From contig NC_010163.1 in the NCBI RefSeq assembly GCF_000018785.1, forward strand, positions 150,001 through 182,000: a DNA stretch of 32,000 bases. The letters run 5' to 3'. The stretch is from Acholeplasma laidlawii PG-8A (GTDB lineage: Bacteria > Bacillota_I > Bacilli_A > Acholeplasmatales > Acholeplasmataceae). Below are positions 18,131 through 25,191 of this stretch, one piece after another; position 1 is the stretch's first letter, and every line of letters starts with the position of its first letter. Under the pieces are notes generated by a model. The model was not told where the DNA came from. It searched no databases and saw only the letters and a program-made list of their open reading frames with translations. The translations under genes were made by a program, and so were the position numbers.

Positions 18131-20389
18131 ATGAAGAAACTTACAATTATTGTAACTTTCCTAGTAACTCTATTACTAGTAACACCTTTTGTATTTGCAA
18201 GTAGTGGTGCACCTACAATGATAGAGGGTGCATCTATTAGAACAAGTGGAGAACAAGGTTTGAGATTTTATGCAAATCTTGAAAATGAAGCTGTAACTAG
18301 TCAAGGATTTTATCTTGTATATGGTGAAACTTCAGTAGTGAATCTTCAAACTGCTATTTCTAATGCAGTTGAAGACAATGTCATGTTAAATGGCAAAAAG
18401 GTTTTCAAAGTAGAAGTTGAAAACAGAGAACCAAATGGTGATTTCAGTGTTGTTTTAACTGGTATACCTGAAGTTGGTTATTTAGATAAAATAACTGCAA
18501 TTGCTTATGGTGTTGTAGATAATGCAGAAATATTTGTAAGTGCTGGTACTACAAGATCCATTGGAGAAGTAGCTTATAATATGATTAAAGCAAATGATTA
18601 CAACCAAGTGGCACTGGATATACTTGAATCTATTGATATCAATCATAGAGCACTTGTAAGTACTCATTGGGAAACGTACGAAGAATCATCTGCAATCTTT
18701 GAGACAGATCCATTAATATTAAAGACTCAGTTCATTAATGATTGGAATGCCAAATTCGGTACAACTTTAACGGATTTAATAGGAACTGCTTTTCATACAA
18801 GTGCAATTGTTGGTAAAACAGACCAAGCAGCTCAAGGATCAATGACTAATTTGACTGGAATGAGAATCTATGCATTCTTCAAAGATGAATTATATAGTTT
18901 AAAATGGGGTTGGCTTCTAGACTATATTATAAAGTATGGAAGTGGAATTATTCACCCAGCAAGACAGGCTGTTGCGTTAAAGGGCGATGGAACAAATAAC
19001 AACCAAATACTCTATGATGCAAGCCATTTCAATTATTCTCTAGTTAATTTTTTTAATATGAGTAACCAAACTGGAGGTTATGAGCCTATTAATTTTACAC
19101 TTCCAGGCTCTAAAGCTAGATATCAGGATGTTGTAAATTTTAACAATACAATACCTAAAATGTTAAGTATTTATAATTTATCAAAAATTGGTGATAGTGT
19201 TGCACTACCGCAAGATTTATCAAAGGATGGATATACGTTTAATCAAAGTTTCACAGAAGGAACTAATGTACATACAATAAGTTATATTTTGACTGGTCAA
19301 GGAAAAGTGCTTGAACCTAATTTTACAATTGTTAACTACAATATTAGCTATTTAGATGGTGCTGAAGAAGTGTTACCAAATGATTTATATAATATTAATC
19401 AATCTTTAACTTTACCTACCTATGAGAAACCGGACCATATCTTTGAGGGCTGGTTTGATAATCCTTCATTTACAGGTTCACCTGTAACCAGTATTTCCAT
19501 GGGTACTACAGGAAATAAGGTGTTTTATGCAAAAACATCGCTACTAGATGATCCGGTTATTACAAGCTTAATTTCACAATTACCAACACATATTATGAAT
19601 GATTATGTCCTTCCTAATGCAGAAGGTGTTACATGGCAACTAAAAGCAGGACAGGACACTACTTTATACAATGTTGAAACAGGAAAATTACTCAGATTCC
19701 CTGGTGAATCAACACTACTAACTGTAGTCCTTAACAAAGGAAGTATTAGTCAAGATGTAGTATTAAGATTTGGTATAGCAGATCCGACAAAAACACAATA
19801 TTATTATAACGCTGATGCCAACTCAGTAGCGCAAACTGGTGGAACATTTACTACGCAACAAAACAAATCAGGATTCGGTGGGTATACAATAATAGTAGGT
19901 ACAAAACAATACTTTATTGGGTATAGATCCCATATCTCACTTTCTGGTACAACAGCAAATGAAATAATGACAATCTCTCAGCTAAGACCATATGGGTTAG
20001 GAGGAGCAAATAATTATAATTTAGGATTGCTCACAGGAGGTATACCTGCAACTAATTCAAGAGGTTATGGGGTATTGTATGAAAATACAGGCAATGTACC
20101 GGTTCAATTTGATTTGAGAGAAACATATGGAAGAGCAGATTCTGGTTATGCGGGTTATGGTAAATTTATATTAAAGCCTGAAGGAAATGGACAATATAAA
20201 GTTAGTGCTCTATTACCAAACCATACTGGAGGACTGATGGTAACCTTAAACCAGGGCGAACTATTATGGGCACCCCACACTTGGGAAGTAGCTGGAACTT
20301 ATTTATATCAACCAGGCGCAACAAAAGGGGTACTATTAGTAAACTCTATAATCAAAATTGAGACATTTAAAATGGATTTCACAGACTAG
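18131..20389 (+). CDS. Exported multidomain protein: shared EGASIR module + Listeria-Bacteroides-type repeat + Ig-like domain + unknown C-terminal domain
   Basis: The ORF track starts at GTG 18128. The ATG at 18131 has GAGGT 7 nt upstream. Signal peptide MKKLTIIVTFLVTLLLVTPFVFA|SS. Residues ~31-400 are paralogous to the C-termini of the two GHL10 genes. DHIFEGWFDNPSFTGSPVTSISMGTTGNKVFYAKT fits the Listeria-Bacteroides (Flg_new) repeat. LPNAEGVTWQLKAG...LTVVLNKGSISQDVVLRF fits a small bacterial Ig-like domain. The last ~200 aa are Gly/Tyr-rich and unassigned. Confidence 0.85.
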   Translation: MKKLTIIVTFLVTLLLVTPFVFASSGAPTMIEGASIRTSGEQGLRFYANLENEAVTSQGFYLVYGETSVVNLQTAISNAVEDNVMLNGKKVFKVEVENREPNGDFSVVLTGIPEVGYLDKITAIAYGVVDNAEIFVSAGTTRSIGEVAYNMIKANDYNQVALDILESIDINHRALVSTHWETYEESSAIFETDPLILKTQFINDWNAKFGTTLTDLIGTAFHTSAIVGKTDQAAQGSMTNLTGMRIYAFFKDELYSLKWGWLLDYIIKYGSGIIHPARQAVALKGDGTNNNQILYDASHFNYSLVNFFNMSNQTGGYEPINFTLPGSKARYQDVVNFNNTIPKMLSIYNLSKIGDSVALPQDLSKDGYTFNQSFTEGTNVHTISYILTGQGKVLEPNFTIVNYNISYLDGAEEVLPNDLYNINQSLTLPTYEKPDHIFEGWFDNPSFTGSPVTSISMGTTGNKVFYAKTSLLDDPVITSLISQLPTHIMNDYVLPNAEGVTWQLKAGQDTTLYNVETGKLLRFPGESTLLTVVLNKGSISQDVVLRFGIADPTKTQYYYNADANSVAQTGGTFTTQQNKSGFGGYTIIVGTKQYFIGYRSHISLSGTTANEIMTISQLRPYGLGGANNYNLGLLTGGIPATNSRGYGVLYENTGNVPVQFDLRETYGRADSGYAGYGKFILKPEGNGQYKVSALLPNHTGGLMVTLNQGELLWAPHTWEVAGTYLYQPGATKGVLLVNSIIKIETFKMDFTD
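18218..19327 (+). repeat. Copy 1 of the ~365-aa paralogous protein module (N-terminal position)
   Basis: MIEGASIRTSGEQGLRFYAN...FYLVYGET...KKVFKVEV...VVLTGIP...FETDP..FINDWN...LKWGWLLDYI...ARQAVALKGDGT...VVNFNN aligns block by block with copies 2 and 3. Similarity is at protein level; the DNA has diverged. Confidence 0.8.
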
Positions 20390-20397
20390 AAAAAATT

Positions 20398-20426
20398 AAT
20401 AAGGCGCTATTTAATAGCGCCTTATT
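20398..20426 (+). terminator. Hairpin (weak terminator) after the 752-aa gene
   Basis: AATAAGGCGC / GCGCCTTATT stem, extendable to 14 bp. The downstream T-run is poor (CTTATC), so read-through into the next gene is plausible. Confidence 0.5.
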
Positions 20427-20443
20427 CTTATCAGAAAGGTACT

Positions 20444-21151
20444 ATGAACACATATAAAATAGCAGATCTAATCATCAAAATGAATCCTAAACACGATCCA
20501 CTATTAAGTCAAGCTAAAGCTTACTTAATAAATACGAGAGAATTAGTCGATTTTGTAATCCCTGATTTAACAAAGGATGTTTTAGCATATCATAATGATA
20601 ATCAAGATTTAACAATCGGAGACTGTGAATACATTATGTATGCTTCTTATTTTTATACTAAGCTGATAGAATATAATGGTATATACTTACATGCGTCAGC
20701 TGTAGTTAAAGATGGTTTTTGTTATATGTTCTCTGCACCAAGTGGTACAGGAAAATCAACACATACTAATCTATGGCTTAAGAATATAAAAGATTCACTT
20801 ATTTTAAATGATGATAAACCCGCAATTAGAATATTTGACGATACTATTTATGCTTATGGTACTCCATTTTCTGGCAAACATGATTTAAGTATCAACCAAA
20901 AATACCCTTTAAAGGGTATATCATTTATATATAGAGATTCTAAAAATACCATCACTAAAATCAATCCAAATGAGTCATTATCTTTAATGATGGCACAAAC
21001 AGTTAGATCTAAACAAGAAAAATATTTAGTTAAAACACTATCTATGCTAGAAACTATCTTAACTAAAACACCAATATATAAAATGGGTTGTACAATATCC
21101 AAAGAAGCCGCATTAATGTCGTATAACACTATGAAAGGGCAGACACTATGA
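20444..21151 (+). CDS. HPr kinase C-terminal-domain-like P-loop protein (HprK-related kinase, substrate unknown)
   Basis: 235 aa with no signal peptide. LHASAVVKDGFCYMFSAPSGTGKSTHTNLW...ILNDDKPAIRI...YGTPFSGK follows the H-[GA]-x-x-V...G-x-S-G-x-GKS...DD pattern of the HprK C-terminal domain. There is no HprK N-terminal domain. Its stop overlaps the next gene's start (ATGA at 21148-21151). Confidence 0.6.
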   Translation: MNTYKIADLIIKMNPKHDPLLSQAKAYLINTRELVDFVIPDLTKDVLAYHNDNQDLTIGDCEYIMYASYFYTKLIEYNGIYLHASAVVKDGFCYMFSAPSGTGKSTHTNLWLKNIKDSLILNDDKPAIRIFDDTIYAYGTPFSGKHDLSINQKYPLKGISFIYRDSKNTITKINPNESLSLMMAQTVRSKQEKYLVKTLSMLETILTKTPIYKMGCTISKEAALMSYNTMKGQTL

Positions 21152-23868
21152 AGATCAAAAAAACAATAATTATCATACTAGTATGTTTAACCACTATACT
21201 ATTATCAGGATTTACAAAGCCAAATTCAAATGATATAAAATCATTTGAATTTGAGTTTGAAACCAATCAAAAATTAAGAGCAGTCTGGGTTACACCAATT
21301 GTAGGAGAAGTCTCTACATTTACAACTGAAACTGCCTTTAAAAATGAAATGAATCAGATGTTAGATATCTTAGAACATTACAAAATAAATGCACTTATCT
21401 TTCATGTTAGAACACATAACAATGCTTTATATGATTCAGAATTAAATCCTAAAGCAACCGTTTTTGGTAGTGTTAATTTTAATAATTTTGACCCTTTATT
21501 ATGGCTAGTTAATGAAACTCAAAGCCGTGGTATTGAGTTTCATGCATGGCTAAATCCTTATAGAGTGGGAACTAATTATGTAGGCACAATGCCTGCAGAA
21601 AACCCCGCATCAAATGCTAGTAACATATTAAGTAATCCATCGAATTCGGCACTTAAGATATTAAACCCTGGAGAACCTGTTGTACGTGATTTTATAGTTG
21701 ATACTGTAATAGAAATTATTGAAAAGTACCCTGTAGATGCAATCCATTTTGATGATTACTTTTACACTAATTTAGGGGCTAACGGAGCACTTTCTGGTGC
21801 AACCACCATTCTAGATGAACCCGATCAGCAAACATATGTAACTTATGGTAGTGGATTTAATACAACGAGTGCTACTGATAAAGCAAATTGGCGTAGACAC
21901 CAAGTTAATACCATGGTTCAGGCCGTATCTAATGCGATAAAAAATTATAACCAGTTAAATGGTAAGCATATACAATTTGGTATATCACCTACGGGGATAT
22001 ACAAAAATGGGAATGGTGTAGTAACTTATGATGAGTTTGGTAAACCAGTTACAACAGGATCTCTTACTACTGGTCAAACACATTATAGTTCTTATCTATT
22101 TTCAGACTCGCTTCACTGGATAAAAGAAGGCTGGTTAGATTATATTGCCCCACAAAGCTATTGGGCAACAAATCACAGTGCAGCATCCTACTATAATGTA
22201 ATGGGCTGGTGGGAAAAAGTAGTTAAATATTTGGACGTTAATCTCTATTCTGGTATTGGTCTATATATGGCAGATGAATCGACAAATACCTTTAACTGGA
22301 AAGATGATATGTTAGAGATGCGTACTCAATTAGAATATTTAGAGACACTTAATGATGTAGATGGATTAAGTGTATACTCATATAAATATATTAGAAATCA
22401 CTATAACAATCAAAATTCTACTTCAGCAAATCAAATGGAAAATGCAGCTCACTTATGGCAAGATTATTTAGTTTTACCACCACTTAAAAGTATGGAACCC
22501 ATACTTTTAGATGGTGTATCTAATATCTTGCATGAAAATGGGGTATTAACCTTTGATAGACTGGATGGTGCCAAACAGTATTACATATATAGATCACAAA
22601 CTAGCCTAACATATAGCCAATCTGAAATTGTAGGTGTTGTTGGTAGAAGTAATGATTTAAGTTTATCTTATAATACAGGCGATATCCAAAATCAATATGT
22701 ATATGGGATTCGAGCACTATCCTATACAAATCATTTAGGTAGTACCACAGTAACTAATGATATTTCAATGATTGAGGGGGCATCGATTAGGCTTGCTACC
22801 GAATCAAGTGGACAAGGCTTAAGATTTTATGCAAATAAACCTCAATCTGTTTTAAGTGATACACATGGATTTTATATTGTTTATGGTGAGACCACAAGGC
22901 AAGATTTATTAGATGCAATAAACAATCCTATAAATAATGAAATTATAGTAAATCAAAAGAAGGTATTTAAAGTTGAAGTGCCTGATGTTGAAGTAGATGG
23001 AACGTATTCGGTAGTAATTACTGGTATACCAAGTATAGGATATACTCAAAAGATAAGTGTATATGCTTATTACACAAATAATCAACAAACCTATATATCT
23101 TCTAATGCCTCTATAAGATCACTACTTGAAGTAGCGGTTCGAATGGAAAATCTAGATCAGGGTGTTACTCAGAGCAAAGATATTATTAATGAGGTTAAAG
23201 ACTCAACAAAGCATATCGTAAGAAATGCTTTTAATGCATATGAAATTACTGGTATTTTTGAAACGAACCACAATCTAATAAAAGCAGAATTTATTAAAGA
23301 TTGGAACACTTTATTTCAAACTAACTGGACAGAACTAAATGCACAAGACTTTTATAACCATGCAATTGTAGGTAAACTATCTGGTGCTGAAACGCTTGCT
23401 GGTAGTAGATTATATCAGTTCTTTAATCACACAAATTATCAATTAAAATGGGCATGGTTATTAGATTATCTACTAAGTATTGATGGTACTGTTTGGACTT
23501 CAAGACAAATAGAAGCTATTAAACTAGATGGTACATTTGAGTCATACACTAATTTATATAGTGGTAATCATCTGATTTATTCTATCTATAATTTCTTTTA
23601 TGAATCACATGTGGTAGGTGGATATACTGCAATTAATTTCGTTACTAATAAGCAATTTTATGATACAGTAGTTAATTTTAGTAATAGTATCTATTTAAAA
23701 CTAGATAACTATGATTTCTTAAGTGTAGGTCAATCAATTAAACTTCCTAATCCACCGGCTGATTTATCAGCAAACTTTTCACATTACCTGATTGGGTCCA
23801 CAACATATTATCCAGGGGATAACTATGTTGTTACAAGTAATACAAAAATTAAATTTATGTATCAGTAA
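21148..23868 (+). CDS. Exported GHL10 (glycosyl-hydrolase-like family 10, YngK/DUF187-type) protein with C-terminal EGASIR module
   Basis: 906 aa. Signal peptide ending ILLSGF. The TIM-barrel-like region has LRAVWVT, LIFHVRTHNNALYDSEL, FDPLLWLVNETQSRGIEFHAWLNPYR, DAIHFDDYFY, FGISPTGIYKNG and YIAPQSYW, the pattern I associate with GHL10. It is followed by a beta-sandwich (QYYIYRSQ...YVYGIRALS) and then module copy 2. Confidence 0.8.
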   Translation: MKIKKTIIIILVCLTTILLSGFTKPNSNDIKSFEFEFETNQKLRAVWVTPIVGEVSTFTTETAFKNEMNQMLDILEHYKINALIFHVRTHNNALYDSELNPKATVFGSVNFNNFDPLLWLVNETQSRGIEFHAWLNPYRVGTNYVGTMPAENPASNASNILSNPSNSALKILNPGEPVVRDFIVDTVIEIIEKYPVDAIHFDDYFYTNLGANGALSGATTILDEPDQQTYVTYGSGFNTTSATDKANWRRHQVNTMVQAVSNAIKNYNQLNGKHIQFGISPTGIYKNGNGVVTYDEFGKPVTTGSLTTGQTHYSSYLFSDSLHWIKEGWLDYIAPQSYWATNHSAASYYNVMGWWEKVVKYLDVNLYSGIGLYMADESTNTFNWKDDMLEMRTQLEYLETLNDVDGLSVYSYKYIRNHYNNQNSTSANQMENAAHLWQDYLVLPPLKSMEPILLDGVSNILHENGVLTFDRLDGAKQYYIYRSQTSLTYSQSEIVGVVGRSNDLSLSYNTGDIQNQYVYGIRALSYTNHLGSTTVTNDISMIEGASIRLATESSGQGLRFYANKPQSVLSDTHGFYIVYGETTRQDLLDAINNPINNEIIVNQKKVFKVEVPDVEVDGTYSVVITGIPSIGYTQKISVYAYYTNNQQTYISSNASIRSLLEVAVRMENLDQGVTQSKDIINEVKDSTKHIVRNAFNAYEITGIFETNHNLIKAEFIKDWNTLFQTNWTELNAQDFYNHAIVGKLSGAETLAGSRLYQFFNHTNYQLKWAWLLDYLLSIDGTVWTSRQIEAIKLDGTFESYTNLYSGNHLIYSIYNFFYESHVVGGYTAINFVTNKQFYDTVVNFSNSIYLKLDNYDFLSVGQSIKLPNPPADLSANFSHYLIGSTTYYPGDNYVVTSNTKIKFMYQ
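22768..23865 (+). repeat. Copy 2 of the ~365-aa paralogous module (C-terminal position)
   Basis: MIEGASIRLATESSGQGLRFYAN...FYIVYGET...KKVFKVEV...VVITGIP...FETNH..FIKDWN...LKWAWLLDYL...SRQIEAIKLDGT...VVNFSN. Confidence 0.8.
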
Positions 23869-23876
23869 AATCACCG

Positions 23877-23915
23877 AAGGTATAGATGTAAAAAATAATA
23901 CATTTATACCTTTTT
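23877..23915 (+). terminator. Rho-independent terminator
   Basis: AAGGTATAGATG / CATTTATACCTT stem of 12 bp with one G-U and a 12-nt loop, followed by T5. Confidence 0.65.
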
Positions 23916-24000
23916 CTAGTGATATGAAATTAGAAACTTTGAATTGTAAGTGATTTATTATAAAATAGTGTGTAAAAGCAAAACAACAAAGGAGTACACG

Positions 24001-25191
24001 ATGAAAAAAATATATACCCTATTCATATTGATATCAATACTACTTTTAAGTGGTTGTATCATATCAAATGATGATGAACCAAAAAGCTATGAAGTAGGTC
24101 TTGATGTACTATATGAACTAAATGATGAAGTCAGAGGTTTAGATATCATTGTTGATTTAACCATGGAATTTGATGTGAGTGAAGTGACTGACTTTTATGT
24201 CACACTATCATACATGGTAAATGCAACAACAGAAGATTTAGATTATAAGTTGCAATTACCAAGTGCTACAAAGGTAAACTTTTTTGAAGTCACTGGTAAT
24301 CAAGCAGTTCAAACCTTAGAAGAAGTTATATTTGATTATAAAGGTGATTATATAAGTGCATATGTAACTGTACAGTTTAAAAAAGGTATAACGAATCATG
24401 TATATGAACTAAAAAGTATAAAGTCAACGAACCTTTATGAACTTGCATTAGTATCAGAGGGTACATTTGCAACTGAAATTTTAGAATCATATGAACCAAG
24501 TGCTGAGTTTCCTGAACTAGAAATTAGTTTAACTGCTTCATTAAACAATGAATTTAGAGGTTTTGATTTAGCATCAGTTCTAACCTCTAATGAGACCTTA
24601 GAGAGTTTAGAAGTGACTTACGGGTTTATTTACATACTTAATGATGATGAAGCAATCTATTTAAACACACCCGAGGTTACAAATATTACCAAGGAAGAAG
24701 TTATAACACTTGATTTATTAACGAACTTTGATACAAATATTAAGAATACTACGTTAGATTATGAGCTAGATAGAGTTTATGCGAGATCTTTTGTTACTGT
24801 AACTAAATCAGATGAATCATATACATACTATTCAGAAATCATTAATTTTACGCTATATGAATTAGCACTAGAATCTACCGGTGCATTTGCTGAAGAAATC
24901 ATTACTGAAGTAGAATATCAAGAACCAGATCAAACAGTATTAACAATTGTAAGTATTAACGCAAATACTACAAACTATACAATTACTCTAGTAAGTGATC
25001 ATGCAACTGCAACCATCTCAACAGATTACTTAAAAGTCACAGTTGTAGTTACATTAGATACTGGGTATAGTTTTTCTAATAACCTTATCTTTAAGTTTAA
25101 TAATAAAGTAGTTAGTGTATCAAATTATACAATAGTTAATAACAAATTAACTTATATATTTAATGATCCGAACTGGTCAGGTATCTACTAA
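24001..25191 (+). CDS. Lipoprotein with internal tandem duplication, unknown function
   Basis: The start was moved from 23950 to the ATG at 24001 (AAAGGAG RBS at 23988-23994). MKKIYTLFILISILLLSGC has a canonical lipobox L-S-G-C. Two segments of about 150 aa repeat: ...YVTVQFKKGITNHVYELKSIKSTNLYELALVSEGTFATEIL versus ...FVTVTKSDESYTYYSEIINFTLYELALESTGAFAEEII. The TAA stop overlaps the next ATG (TAATG at 25189-25193). Confidence 0.85.
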   Translation: MKKIYTLFILISILLLSGCIISNDDEPKSYEVGLDVLYELNDEVRGLDIIVDLTMEFDVSEVTDFYVTLSYMVNATTEDLDYKLQLPSATKVNFFEVTGNQAVQTLEEVIFDYKGDYISAYVTVQFKKGITNHVYELKSIKSTNLYELALVSEGTFATEILESYEPSAEFPELEISLTASLNNEFRGFDLASVLTSNETLESLEVTYGFIYILNDDEAIYLNTPEVTNITKEEVITLDLLTNFDTNIKNTTLDYELDRVYARSFVTVTKSDESYTYYSEIINFTLYELALESTGAFAEEIITEVEYQEPDQTVLTIVSINANTTNYTITLVSDHATATISTDYLKVTVVVTLDTGYSFSNNLIFKFNNKVVSVSNYTIVNNKLTYIFNDPNWSGIY

